A stretch of DNA of 64,000 nt from a candidate division FCPU426 bacterium (GCA_963847625.1 CAWKAR010000052.1:1-64000); one strand, 5' to 3'; counted from the stretch's first letter, positions 30,140-40,161 are shown. Translations and numbers: made by a program. Notes: generated by a model not told the origin, from the letters alone.

Positions 30140-31228
30140 ATGAAATTTTTTATTCGATTATTTATTTGCTGTATCACCCTCGTGTTTGGTGCGTTTCCTT
30201 TGCACGCCCAAACCCGGTCCATCATCTCGAACCTGGCCAATCCGGCCATCGGCATGAGCGCGCTGTTTTTGGCCCAGGCCGCGCCGGATTTGAACACACC
30301 CGGTTCCACCGGGCCAAGTTTCCAGGAAGCGGAAATCAGCGTTATTTCCACTGTGGACCCGCTTTGGACATTGGCCGGAAACTTCACCTTTGACGCGGGC
30401 TCCGGGGTGGCGGAGGAAGCCTATGCCACTACGGACGCGATCCCGGGTATCCAGTTCAAGGTGGGGGAATTTCGCGCCGCCTTCGGGAAGCACGGGACGC
30501 TTCACACTCACGCCTTTCCCTTCATCCAGGCACCGATCATCATGTCCAACAGCGTCGGCGAGGAGGGATTCAAGAACGCCGGTCTGGAAGCTGCCTGGAT
30601 GACTCCCTTACCCTGGTTCTGCGAATTGACGCTGGGAGGGTACGCTCAGGTGGAGGCCACGCCGGACCATCCCCTTGATTTCAACGGGGGTTACACCGGC
30701 AGTATCCCCTACCTCGTCCACCTGAAAAACCTTTTTGACGTGGATGAAAACACAACCATGGAATTGGGCGCGTCCGATTTGACCGGAATGGGGGACGACA
30801 GCCTGCACCACGCGGTCTATGGGGCCGACCTCACTTTCCGCAACGTCCCGCTTCGGCAGTCCAACCAGCACGGCTGGATTCTCCAGGGGGAATTCATCAA
30901 GAAGGTCTCCTACAACGACGGCGTTTACAACCAGGAGTCCGACGGTTGGTATGCGTCTTTCCAAAATCGATGGGGACAGGAATGGTGGACCGGTATCCGG
31001 GTGGAAGAGGCATTCCATACCGTTTCCGACATTTCCGATAACCCGACGGACACCTTCCTATCGGGCCATGTCCAGCGAGCCTCAGCTAATATCGCGTGGC
31101 TTCCTTCCGAGTTTTCTGAGATGAAATTGGAGTACGGACTGGCCCGGAACGACGCAGGCACTGTGGACAATCGGGTAATGCTGCAATTCAACTACATCAT
31201 CGGGTTTCACCCGCCGCACGCTTATTGA
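30140..31228 (+). CDS. Putative zinc-regulated outer-membrane beta-barrel protein
   Basis: Signal peptide, NPAIG, HTHAFPF, PSEFS and C-terminal IGFHPPHAY. Confidence 0.7.
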   Translation: MKFFIRLFICCITLVFGAFPLHAQTRSIISNLANPAIGMSALFLAQAAPDLNTPGSTGPSFQEAEISVISTVDPLWTLAGNFTFDAGSGVAEEAYATTDAIPGIQFKVGEFRAAFGKHGTLHTHAFPFIQAPIIMSNSVGEEGFKNAGLEAAWMTPLPWFCELTLGGYAQVEATPDHPLDFNGGYTGSIPYLVHLKNLFDVDENTTMELGASDLTGMGDDSLHHAVYGADLTFRNVPLRQSNQHGWILQGEFIKKVSYNDGVYNQESDGWYASFQNRWGQEWWTGIRVEEAFHTVSDISDNPTDTFLSGHVQRASANIAWLPSEFSEMKLEYGLARNDAGTVDNRVMLQFNYIIGFHPPHAY

Positions 31229-31276
31229 GGCGGTTTTATGTTCTGGGTTTTGAGTTTTAAAATAAAGGAGGATTTC

Positions 31277-32191
31277 ATGAAATCGTTGAGAAGATTAACG
31301 TTGATGGTCCTAGCCCTGGTTCTGGGCATGCCAGCCTGGGCGGATTTGAAGGTGGCCACGTCTCTGAGCGACCTGGCTTCGGTGGCAGAGGCGGTGGGCG
31401 GGAAACACGTGACGGCCTTGAGTCTTTGCAAAGGCTACGAGGACCCGCATTTCGTTCCGGCCAAGCCGAGCCTCATGAAGGCCATTCAAAACGCTGATGT
31501 GTTCGTTTCCGTGGGGTTGGAACTGGACGGAGGCTGGCTACCTCTGGTCATTCCGGGCAGCCGGAATCCAAAAATCCAGCCAGGAAAACAGGGTTTTATT
31601 GATGCCTCCGAGGGGATCGAGGTGCTGGACAAACCCGTGGGCACGGTCAGCCGTGCTGAGGGTGACATCCATCCCCTGGGCAACCCCCATTACTACTCCG
31701 ATCCAAGGAACCTGGAAATTGTCGCCGACCATTTGGCCCGCGTTTTCGCGGAATTGGACCCGGCGAACGGGAATGATTACCAGGAGAACGCCAAGGCATT
31801 CGACGTGAAAATGGAGAAGGCCATCAAGGGTTGGAAGGCACAACTGAAACCCTATAAGGGCGCGAAGCTTGTGACCTACCATGAGAACTTCAAATACTTT
31901 ACTGAAAGGTTTGGATTGAAATTCTTCGGAACAGTAGAACCCAAGCCGGGTATTCCTCCCAACCCCCGTTATTTAAACGAAACAGCCGAGGCCATGAAAA
32001 GCGCTGGCGTCAAAGTTGTGTTGTACCAGCCCTATTACGACGCCGACGCGGCCGAGGCACTGGCCAAAAAGGCGGACGCCACGGCCTATGAAATCCCCAA
32101 CGAAGTGGGCGGGGTGCCGGAAGCCAAGGATGTCTTTTCCAAATTCGACTTCATTGTGTCGGTCTTGGTCAAAGGTTTTGGGGATAAATAA
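31277..32191 (+). CDS. ZnuA/TroA-family metal-binding protein
   Basis: EDPHF, GDIHPLGNPHY and YHENF...EPKPGIPP. Confidence 0.9.
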   Translation: MKSLRRLTLMVLALVLGMPAWADLKVATSLSDLASVAEAVGGKHVTALSLCKGYEDPHFVPAKPSLMKAIQNADVFVSVGLELDGGWLPLVIPGSRNPKIQPGKQGFIDASEGIEVLDKPVGTVSRAEGDIHPLGNPHYYSDPRNLEIVADHLARVFAELDPANGNDYQENAKAFDVKMEKAIKGWKAQLKPYKGAKLVTYHENFKYFTERFGLKFFGTVEPKPGIPPNPRYLNETAEAMKSAGVKVVLYQPYYDADAAEALAKKADATAYEIPNEVGGVPEAKDVFSKFDFIVSVLVKGFGDK

Positions 32192-32196
32192 GAACT

Positions 32197-33036
32197 ATGT
32201 CAGACTTTATTGCCGTGATGGGGCTTCCGATCCTGGCTTGTGTTTTATTGGTCCTGATCCATCCCGCCTTGGGAACGCATGTTTTGGCCCGGGGCGTCAT
32301 ATTCGTGGATCTGGCCTTGGCCCAAATCGCCGCCATGGGGCAAAGCGTGGCTTTCCTCATGGGGGCCGAACCCCTTGACCCGAGCACTTATTATTGGTCT
32401 TTTGCCTTCACCTTGCTGGGCGCGGCGCTTTTCAGTTTCCTGTGGGACCGGAACCATTCGGTCCTGCAGGAAGCCTTTATTGGAATCGCCTTCTCGCTTG
32501 CCACTGCGGCTTCCCTCCTGCTTTTAGCCAATGCGCCACACGGGGCCGAGCACGTGGCGCATACTCTCAATGGCGAGGCCTTGGGCTGGGTGACGGCCAA
32601 GGACATTGCTTTGATGGCCTTCTTTTATGCCATCGTGGGGTTGTTCCTTTTTTGGAACCGGAAGACCCTCGTCCTTTGTTCCACCAACCCCCAGGAAGCC
32701 TACCGCCAGGGCCTTTCGGTGAAACTCTGGGATTTCCTTTTTTACGCCGCTTTCGGGTTGGTTGTCACCAGCTCAGTGAAGATAAGCGGTGTACTGGCCG
32801 TTTTTTCTTATTTGATCGTTCCCCTGGTTTGCGCCACTCTTTTGGGGCGTAAGGGTTCCACCCGCCTTTACTGGGCTTGGGGCATTGGCCTTTTGGCCTC
32901 TATTCTAGGCGCCTGGTTGTCCTATACCCGGGATCTTCCAATGGGTGCCACCATTGTTTGCGTTTTTGGGCTGGCGGTCATCGTGATTTCCATCGCGACC
33001 CGGATGAAAAATTTCGACTACGGAAGTTTGAAATAA
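32197..33036 (+). CDS. ABC-3 (ZnuB-like) metal permease
   Basis: HVLARGVIFVDLALAQIAA; multiple TMs. Confidence 0.85.
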   Translation: MSDFIAVMGLPILACVLLVLIHPALGTHVLARGVIFVDLALAQIAAMGQSVAFLMGAEPLDPSTYYWSFAFTLLGAALFSFLWDRNHSVLQEAFIGIAFSLATAASLLLLANAPHGAEHVAHTLNGEALGWVTAKDIALMAFFYAIVGLFLFWNRKTLVLCSTNPQEAYRQGLSVKLWDFLFYAAFGLVVTSSVKISGVLAVFSYLIVPLVCATLLGRKGSTRLYWAWGIGLLASILGAWLSYTRDLPMGATIVCVFGLAVIVISIATRMKNFDYGSLK

Positions 33037-33179
33037 AAAAGCCATTGGACCCTCCTGAACAGAAAGATTTTTTAAAGTAGGATCATCGGATTGTCTTGCG
33101 GCGGCTAGATGTGGTTATTCGGGAATAGTGGCCTTATCCTAAGGAGGATTATCATGAAATTCAGCCAAAATCCGTTGAA

Positions 33180-33896
33180 ATGAAACATCTTATTCTTGGA
33201 GGAAGTTTAATCTTATTCATTGCCGCACCATTCTGTTTGGCTGCGGAATTACCTCTTCCTTCCCTAGAATCCCCAGGGAATATTTTCATCCGTCAGAGGG
33301 TTGGAGATTTCAAGGTCTTTAAGGCAGCCTTTCAAAGCCAACGGGGTTTCAAGGCCAATGGTTTTTCCGCCTACAGCCTCCACCGCGACCTGAAGGATTC
33401 CCAGGCACTGATCCTGACCCTGAAATGTTCCAACCTGGGAAAAGGCCTCTCGTTTATCCGTTCCAAGGGTTATAAGACCGCCATGAAAAAGGCAGGGGTC
33501 AAGGACTCCGTCCTATGGTTTGGGGCGGACGTCACCTCCCGCCAATACAGGGAGCTTCCCCCGAAACCCGCAGGAATCGTGATCGCCCGCAACCAATTGA
33601 TCTCCTTTAAGTATTGGATGGCCTTCTACAATGCGGAACATGACACACAACACGGTGGAAAGAAGCCGCACCCAAGCGAAAACTACCATGTGGGGCGGCA
33701 GTATAAAGCTGGTAACTACAGCATCCACCGAGGTTTTGGAAAACCGGATTCTACCATTGTGGTTCATGAGGCTTCGGATGTATCCAAGGCCCCGGCCTTT
33801 ATGAATTCAGCTCCCATGAAAATCATGCAAAAACCTTTGGGTATTACGCGTTTTGAAGTTTGGTACGGCTACAACCTAGAGCAGGGTTCTTTCTAA
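33180..33896 (+). CDS. Exported protein with two internally repeated ferredoxin-like/ABM-like domains
   Basis: Signal peptide; parallel halves (YSLHRDLKD..MKKAGV vs YSIHRGFGK..MQKPLGI). Confidence 0.6.
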   Translation: MKHLILGGSLILFIAAPFCLAAELPLPSLESPGNIFIRQRVGDFKVFKAAFQSQRGFKANGFSAYSLHRDLKDSQALILTLKCSNLGKGLSFIRSKGYKTAMKKAGVKDSVLWFGADVTSRQYRELPPKPAGIVIARNQLISFKYWMAFYNAEHDTQHGGKKPHPSENYHVGRQYKAGNYSIHRGFGKPDSTIVVHEASDVSKAPAFMNSAPMKIMQKPLGITRFEVWYGYNLEQGSF

Positions 33897-33912
33897 ATCA
33901 AAGGTAAGCTCT

Positions 33913-34020
33913 ATGATGGCTCTGGAGGGGATCAACCAAAGGTGGCGGAAGAGGTTCGAGAAACAGTCACCGCACTACATGACCCAGCTCAGGGGCCTGC
34001 TCGTCGCCCGGGTGCCCTGA
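33913..34020 (+). pseudogene. Remnant resembling the UmuC C-terminal (DUF4113) tail
   Basis: MMALEGINQRW...QSPHYMTQLRGLLVAR parallels the UmuC-tail pattern LM.ALD.IN.RW...SP.YTT. Confidence 0.4.
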
Positions 34021-34152
34021 ACCAGGAATGGCCAACTGGAAAGTCTTGATAGGTGGCAACCGGTATGAAAAATATAAAAATCGTATGATGGGCATCATAA
34101 TTGTTCGATTTCTTCATTGAATACACTTTGCCCCACTGGAGGTTGATCCGGC

Positions 34153-34566
34153 ATGACCCAACTTCACCGTTTCAGTTTTTCCATCGAGAAATCTCTGGCG
34201 GATAAGCTCGAACGGATGATTCAGGAAAGCCATTATGAGAACCGTTCCGAGTTCATCCGGGATTTAGTGCGTGGGAAAATGGTGGCCGATGAATGGGAAA
34301 CGGAGGGAGAAGCTCTGGGAACGATCTCCTTGCTGTACGACCATCATAAGAGGCTCTTGAGCGAGAAGCTCATTGAGGTCCAGCATCACCATGCGGCCAA
34401 GGTATTGGCCTGTACACATGTTCATTTGGACGAACGAATCTGTGCGGAAATGATAATGGTTAAGGGGAAAGCAGTGGAAATTCGGCACTTATTTGATCAT
34501 ATGCGCCAAGAAAAGGGTGTTCTTCACGCGGCTCTTTCTCTTAGTTCAACGGGAAAGAAGATGTAA
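34153..34566 (+). CDS. nikR: Nickel-responsive regulator NikR
   Basis: RFSFS N-terminal strand, NRSEFIRDL, YDHH and HVHLD..IC.E. Confidence 0.92.
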   Translation: MTQLHRFSFSIEKSLADKLERMIQESHYENRSEFIRDLVRGKMVADEWETEGEALGTISLLYDHHKRLLSEKLIEVQHHHAAKVLACTHVHLDERICAEMIMVKGKAVEIRHLFDHMRQEKGVLHAALSLSSTGKKM

Positions 34567-34581
34567 ATTTTTTTGCTCTTG

Positions 34582-34612
34582 AAGTATTACGAATATAAAA
34601 AAGGTAATACTT
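34582..34612. promoter_or_regulatory. Probable NikR operator
   Basis: Perfect inverted repeat AAGTATTAC-N13-GTAATACTT between nikR and the TonB-dependent receptor gene. Confidence 0.7.
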
Positions 34613-34705
34613 AAAGGTGACGTATGAAGATTTAGCCGCGAAATTTTTTGTGTTTATGAGAGTGCTGTGGAAAAAATTATTATTAAAACGCAAAGGAGCT
34701 TCAAA

Positions 34706-36694
34706 ATGGGATTGCGATTCGGACGGATAGCAGCTCTGATTCTTTTGGCGGGGTATATGTTCTACGGGACAACCGCAAAGGCAGATGATCAGACGGTTGC
34801 GACTCCGAACAATCAAGAAGAAACAAAACCGGTATCCCAAGCGGATAAATCATCATCCTCGCCGGTCACCCTGCCAGAGGTTCTTGTCACCTCGCCACCC
34901 TTGACGGACGTCAATCCAACCCGCTACGGCGATGAAGTGGATACGGTTTCCTCCGGGCAGTTAGACGACCTGAACGCGCAAGACCTTCCCACGGCCCTCA
35001 GGCGGGTTCCTGGCGTCATCATATCCCAATACAATGAAATCGGAAATTATGGGGGGGGTGACGGCGGATCGATTTACCTAAGGGGCCAAGGCTCAGGACG
35101 TCCCGGTGCTGAGATTACCACAATGGTGGACGGCATTCCTCGATTCGCGGGGGTCTGGACACATCCTTTAATGGATCTTTTGCCTGTTAATAATGCCAAC
35201 GAAATCGAGGTCTATAAGAGTACTCAGCCCGTGTTTCTCGGCAATATGGGCTTTGGGGCGATCAATGTGGTCCCCAAGTCTATGGATCAGCCCGGGTTCG
35301 AGACCCAGCTCCAATCCGAAGCCGGAGCCAACCAAACCTACATCCAGTGTTTGGAACACGGTGGTAAAACTGGCGACATTGATTACTATTTAACGGGCGG
35401 TCATTGGATTAGCGACGGTATCAGGGCGAACTCTAATGGCGAAGTATACGAAGGTTCAGCCCGCTTGGGCGTCAATTTGGGTTCCGGTGTCACCGCTTCC
35501 GGTTACCTGGAATACAACAATTCCTCGACAGACGATCCAGGTGAAGTGGGTGTCGTCCCCTTGCCCATCACCCAAAACTTCATGTTTGATTCCACCCTTA
35601 TGATCCTCACTCTTTCCCACCAGGATGGACCTTGGAGCGGTTCCGTGAAGGGCTACTGGGACCAGACCCACATCAATTGGTACGAGTGGGATTATAACAA
35701 CCTGTCAGCCTACAACAGCAATGCTTGGAGCAGCAATTATGGCTGTCACCTAAAGGAAAAATGGGCTTCCGACGGAACCGAGATTTTGTTGGGATTTGAC
35801 AATGATTATTACGGTGGCCATACCCAAGATATATATTCCAACACGGTGTTAGACGATTCCTCCAATCCGCCTCAATTTGCCAACAACGCCCCCTATGCGA
35901 TGCTGAGCCAGTCTTTTGAACTGGGTGGAGGGGTGACGCTGACTCCGTCAGCCGGTGTCCGGTACAATATCAGCCGTTATTTTGGTTCCATTGCCGGACC
36001 CCAGGCCGGACTGAAGTTAGACGATTCCGCCGATAGCTACTATTTCGGCTACGCTCACGGCTTCAATTATCCCGGTGTTTACGTGGCGATCATGTCCCCC
36101 CAGCAGTGGCAGAACTTGCAAGCCGAGATAGATGACCATCTGGAAGTGGGCTGGAACCGGAAATTCTCAAAGGTATTTTCCACCAACCTAGCTGTTTTCA
36201 GGGACGACGTTTCCAACGCGATCCGGGTAAGTTTTCCTCCGCCGACCTTCAGCCTGGACTTTCAGAATATCGGCAGTTACCGGTCCCAAGGAATTGAGTT
36301 GGATATTCAATGGACGCCTAAAAACCTTCCACAGTGGTTTGTGGGCTGGACTTACCTAGATACCACCCCGGCCGACGTGCCGAATGCTCCCCAATGGACT
36401 TTTCAAAGCGGCATGAATGCGGACATCGCGGATTTATTCCGCTTGAACTTGGACATCCAGTATGTCAGTCGGCAGAATACGATCAATCCCCGTTTCCCAG
36501 GAGCGGACGTTTATGTCGATGGGTACATTGTTTTAAATGGAAAGTTGGCCTATTCCCTCGGCCCCAAAGCGACTAAAAATAATACCGAAATATTTGTAGC
36601 CTGCGAAAATATCGGTGCAGAGGATTATGAATTTCGTCCCGGGTATCCTATGGCGAAGGACGCTTGGTTGGCGGGATTGGATTACAAATTTTAA
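34706..36694 (+). CDS. TonB-dependent receptor
   Basis: LPEVLVT TonB-box-like segment, plug (ALRRVPGV...IYLRG...MVDGIP...IEVYK) and terminal YKF. Confidence 0.92.
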   Translation: MGLRFGRIAALILLAGYMFYGTTAKADDQTVATPNNQEETKPVSQADKSSSSPVTLPEVLVTSPPLTDVNPTRYGDEVDTVSSGQLDDLNAQDLPTALRRVPGVIISQYNEIGNYGGGDGGSIYLRGQGSGRPGAEITTMVDGIPRFAGVWTHPLMDLLPVNNANEIEVYKSTQPVFLGNMGFGAINVVPKSMDQPGFETQLQSEAGANQTYIQCLEHGGKTGDIDYYLTGGHWISDGIRANSNGEVYEGSARLGVNLGSGVTASGYLEYNNSSTDDPGEVGVVPLPITQNFMFDSTLMILTLSHQDGPWSGSVKGYWDQTHINWYEWDYNNLSAYNSNAWSSNYGCHLKEKWASDGTEILLGFDNDYYGGHTQDIYSNTVLDDSSNPPQFANNAPYAMLSQSFELGGGVTLTPSAGVRYNISRYFGSIAGPQAGLKLDDSADSYYFGYAHGFNYPGVYVAIMSPQQWQNLQAEIDDHLEVGWNRKFSKVFSTNLAVFRDDVSNAIRVSFPPPTFSLDFQNIGSYRSQGIELDIQWTPKNLPQWFVGWTYLDTTPADVPNAPQWTFQSGMNADIADLFRLNLDIQYVSRQNTINPRFPGADVYVDGYIVLNGKLAYSLGPKATKNNTEIFVACENIGAEDYEFRPGYPMAKDAWLAGLDYKF

Positions 36695-36799
36695 AACAGG
36701 TATTTCCATAATCAACAGGGTCTTTTAACCCGAGAGAAGGATGTCTCAGGGGCATCCTTCTCTTTTTTGCTCGTTTGAAACTCAAAAAGAGGGCTTTCT

Positions 36800-37627
36800 A
36801 TGTGTTTAAGGAAATTCAAATTTTTTATGTTTTGTTTATTCAGTTCCGCTTTCCTCCAGTCTTCTTTCCCCAAGGATAATCCGGCAGTCCCTTTTCGTAT
36901 CGGTGTCTCTACCACTATGTTGGAGGCGGCTATAAACGAATGGGCTCCGAGGAATGGCGAAATTGAGATCATTACTCTGATTCCAGCCGGTTCCTGTCCC
37001 GGCTATTTCGATATACGCGCCAGGGATTTGGACCGCCTCAAAGGAATAGGGCTATTCATCAGGCACGATTACCAGGATTTTTTAGACGAAAGGTTGAAAA
37101 GTTTATCAAAAGGGAAAATCAGGATTTTTACCGCGAAGTCCCCTGAAAGTTTCCTAATTCCCAACCAATTCGCGGCTTTAGTGAAAGAAACAGCTTTACT
37201 GGCCTCAAATGTCTATCCCGAAAACAAGATGAAATGGATGGGGAACACCGCCCGGTCTCAGGAACAACTCTTGAAACTGCATCAAACCGTACTCAAAAGG
37301 ATTGGCCGAATGAAGGGAATTCCGGTAATAGCATCAGAGATGCAGAAGAGTTTTTGCGATTACTTGGGACTTAAAGTGTTGGGAACACTGGCGAGACCGG
37401 AAGACGTTACTCCCCAGGAGTACCGGAAACTTCTGGGGGCAAAAGCTAGGATCGTTATTGGGAACTTACAGGAGGGCGAACAGGCCGCCCGATCCCTGGC
37501 GGAAAAGATGGGGATACCCGCCGTTATCTTTTCCAATTTTCCAGGTGCCGTTGGTTATGGACACACGTATGAGGAGTTGATTGAAAAAAACCTGCAAAAA
37601 TTGGAGACGGCTTGCCCTCCCCGATAG
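36800..37627 (+). CDS. ZnuA-like substrate-binding protein
   Basis: LIPAGSCPGYFD; position in the ABC operon. Confidence 0.7.
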   Translation: MCLRKFKFFMFCLFSSAFLQSSFPKDNPAVPFRIGVSTTMLEAAINEWAPRNGEIEIITLIPAGSCPGYFDIRARDLDRLKGIGLFIRHDYQDFLDERLKSLSKGKIRIFTAKSPESFLIPNQFAALVKETALLASNVYPENKMKWMGNTARSQEQLLKLHQTVLKRIGRMKGIPVIASEMQKSFCDYLGLKVLGTLARPEDVTPQEYRKLLGAKARIVIGNLQEGEQAARSLAEKMGIPAVIFSNFPGAVGYGHTYEELIEKNLQKLETACPPR

Positions 37628-38376
37628 CGGAATTAAAAAATCTGGTAGTTCCATTCACTGAGGGCCGACAATTAGGCCCGATCAACCTGCATATCCATCC
37701 CGGGGAATTATGGGGTGTGGTAGGCCCAAATGGCGCGGGTAAAAGCACCCTTCTGCACGTATTAGCGGGTCTTCGAAAACCCAGCAATGGAACCTGCATC
37801 AATGTAATCAAGCCCACCATCGGGATCATTTTCCAACATCAAGATTTTCGACCAGACCTTCCCTTTACCGTGGAAGACGTTGTTTTTTTCGGGAGAATTG
37901 GAAGCCTGAGATTAGGGAAACCATGGACCGAGCATGACCACCAAGCCGTCGAAAAAGCGCTCCGGTTGACGGGCTTGAGGGGTTTCAAAAAGCGCCTTTA
38001 CCGGGAACTCTCGGGCGGGGAACGCCGGCAAGTCCAGATCGCCAGACTTGCCGCACAGGAAGCCGACTTGTTTCTTCTGGACGAACCTGCCGCCGGACTG
38101 GACCTTCCTTGGCAAGAAAAACTCATTCATCTCATTTCGGGCCTCTATCTCAGGACAAAACCTGCTGTGGTCATGGTCACGCACGAGATCCATCACCTGC
38201 CCGCCGAATGCAATCATGTCATGCTGTTGAAAGACGGGAAGCCGATCTTTACGGGCAGTCCTGCCCAGGCTTTTCAATCCTACAGGTTAAAAATGCTTTA
38301 CGGTTGCCCGATGAAAGTTGAAAAAACCAGGGGACGTTATGGAGCATATGCTTTGGGTCCGGGTGCCTTCAAATGA
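37612..38376 (+). CDS. Metal ABC transporter ATPase
   Basis: GPNGAGKST, LSGGE and LLDEP. Confidence 0.9.
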   Translation: MPSPIAELKNLVVPFTEGRQLGPINLHIHPGELWGVVGPNGAGKSTLLHVLAGLRKPSNGTCINVIKPTIGIIFQHQDFRPDLPFTVEDVVFFGRIGSLRLGKPWTEHDHQAVEKALRLTGLRGFKKRLYRELSGGERRQVQIARLAAQEADLFLLDEPAAGLDLPWQEKLIHLISGLYLRTKPAVVMVTHEIHHLPAECNHVMLLKDGKPIFTGSPAQAFQSYRLKMLYGCPMKVEKTRGRYGAYALGPGAFK

Positions 38377-39173
38377 ACTTCTTCCAATCCTTCGGACAAG
38401 TCATGGTCGCCGCAGTTTTGGGAGGCGCGCTTTGTGGGTTGGTTGGCGCTTTCCTTTTGGGATTGAGGATGCCGTTCCTAGCGGTTTTTGCTTCCCATGC
38501 GGCGTTGGCCGGAGCGGTGTTCGGGGACCTGTTAGGTTGGCCACATGGAATTTCTGGTTTTCTGGGTGCATTACTTGGAGCTAGTTTGTTGGGATGGCTG
38601 ATGAATAAAAGACGGATCGAGGGTAACGCCGCCATCGGCGCGCTCTTTACCCTTTCAATGGCATTGGTATTCCTGGGAATGGCTTTTTTCAAGGGGCCTA
38701 AATCAGCCCAACTCAGCCTCTTGTGGGGAAGCCTGCTTTTTGTGAGTTGGAGCCAGGCCATCATGATGGGCGTTCTTATGGTATTGTTCCTGGTCTTTTA
38801 TTTCTTGTTTGAAAAGGAACTTAAACTTCTCCTGTTCGACCGCCAACTGGCCGCCGTGGTCTTGCCTGAAGGTCTTCTCTTAACGGCGCTTTTGTGTTTC
38901 GCCTCAGGCACGGTGGCCGTTAATTTGGAAACCGTTGGTGGATTGCTTCTCTACAGCCTTCTCTTTAACCCTCCCGTGGCCGCCGCGAGGTTATGTGGAA
39001 GCTTCAGGACGACCCTATGGATGAGCGCCTTATTAGGGGCGACGAGCGCCCTTTTGGGATTCGGTGTTGCCTATATCCTGGATTTACCGGTGGGGGCATG
39101 TATCGGCCTTGTTTCAAGTGTTTTATTGGGACTGGTTTTGGGATTTACGAAGCAGCAGAAAATACAGGGATGA
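38373..39173 (+). CDS. ABC-3 metal permease
   Basis: SHAALAG, LLWGSLL and VGGLLLYSLL. Confidence 0.85.
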   Translation: MNFFQSFGQVMVAAVLGGALCGLVGAFLLGLRMPFLAVFASHAALAGAVFGDLLGWPHGISGFLGALLGASLLGWLMNKRRIEGNAAIGALFTLSMALVFLGMAFFKGPKSAQLSLLWGSLLFVSWSQAIMMGVLMVLFLVFYFLFEKELKLLLFDRQLAAVVLPEGLLLTALLCFASGTVAVNLETVGGLLLYSLLFNPPVAAARLCGSFRTTLWMSALLGATSALLGFGVAYILDLPVGACIGLVSSVLLGLVLGFTKQQKIQG

Positions 39174-39185
39174 AAGTGTGAATGA

Positions 39186-39797
39186 ATGGATACACAAGAT
39201 AAAATCCTAGGAAAGTTTTTCGATGAGGCAGTTTCTCATGGGGCGATGGTCTCTTTTTCTCCGGAAGAGGAAGCGAAGTTGGAACCGCTGATAAAGCTTT
39301 GGAAGTTGAAGCCGGGTGAAAGAATTTTTGAACCGGGATGCGGATCTGGGCGGCTTACCGAAAGATTGATTCAATTCGTGCTTCCCAGAGGGGGAGTTTG
39401 GGGCGTGGATCTCTCACCGGAAATGATAGAAGTTGCCAAAAAACGAAATCTTCCGCATCAGGTTTCGTTTTCGGTTGGTACAGCAGATACTCTATCCCAT
39501 GCAGATTGTTTTTTTGACCGGATAATTTGTTTTAACGCGTATCCCCATTTTTTAGATACTCAAAAGACACTCAAAGAATTCCGAAGGGTGTTAAAGCCAG
39601 AAGGCGAGTTTTGGATCGTCCATACTCAAAGTCGCGAAGAACTTAATCAATTCCACAGCCAACTTTCCAAGGTTGTGGCTCATCACCATTTGCCTGAGCG
39701 CAAGGATTTGGAAACGGAGTTTCAAAAAGCAGGGTTTAAAATCGAATTTTTCGAGAATGGTCCGAGAGGTTATTGGGTTTTGGCTGTATTGGGTTAA
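39186..39797 (+). CDS. Class I SAM-dependent methyltransferase
   Basis: EPGCGSG, VDLSPEMI and RVLKPEG. Confidence 0.9.
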   Translation: MDTQDKILGKFFDEAVSHGAMVSFSPEEEAKLEPLIKLWKLKPGERIFEPGCGSGRLTERLIQFVLPRGGVWGVDLSPEMIEVAKKRNLPHQVSFSVGTADTLSHADCFFDRIICFNAYPHFLDTQKTLKEFRRVLKPEGEFWIVHTQSREELNQFHSQLSKVVAHHHLPERKDLETEFQKAGFKIEFFENGPRGYWVLAVLG

Positions 39798-39906
39798 ATC
39801 TTAAATCGTCCACGACGGGGGCATTCGGAAACGAAAAAATCATCAATTTTCAGACCATGACCCCATTTTGGAGGAAATATTTTTGGTGGAGTCCGGGGAG
39901 CGAAAT

Positions 39907-39960
39907 TTTGATAGACACGGATAAGACACTCGTGCAGAATCAGTCTCTCTTTGGGAGTAG
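39907..39960 (+). pseudogene. Integrase 3'-end remnant
   Basis: 39907-39934 is identical to 22301-22328; LIDTDKTLVQNQS vs the integrase tail LIDTDKTLVENQS. Confidence 0.8.
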
Positions 39961-40096
39961 CGATTTGAAAAAGCCTTTAAGTTTCAAGGGTATTTTCCGA
40001 TAATTGGTGAGTCATAAAAATCTGACCTGCCGCCATTATCACGGCAGGTCGATGTGGCATGTGAAGGGCTTGATATAAGCATAAAAAAGGAGCAAG

Positions 40097-40144
40097 TTTC
40101 TTGTAAGCGGCAGGTCACCGGTCCGAATCCGGTCGCCAGCTCCA
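40097..40144 (+). repeat. att core copy 2 (3' half of tRNA-Thr(TGT))
   Basis: Identical to 22426-22473; no tRNA 5' half upstream. Confidence 0.9.
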
Positions 40145-40161
40145 TTCTTGAATAGGCCGGC

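Larger units (their letters stand above)
22474..40144. mobile_element. About 17.7-kb metal-uptake genomic island between two identical att cores
   Basis: Direct 48-bp repeats, integrase 3' remnant at 39907-39960, accessory cargo. Confidence 0.8.
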
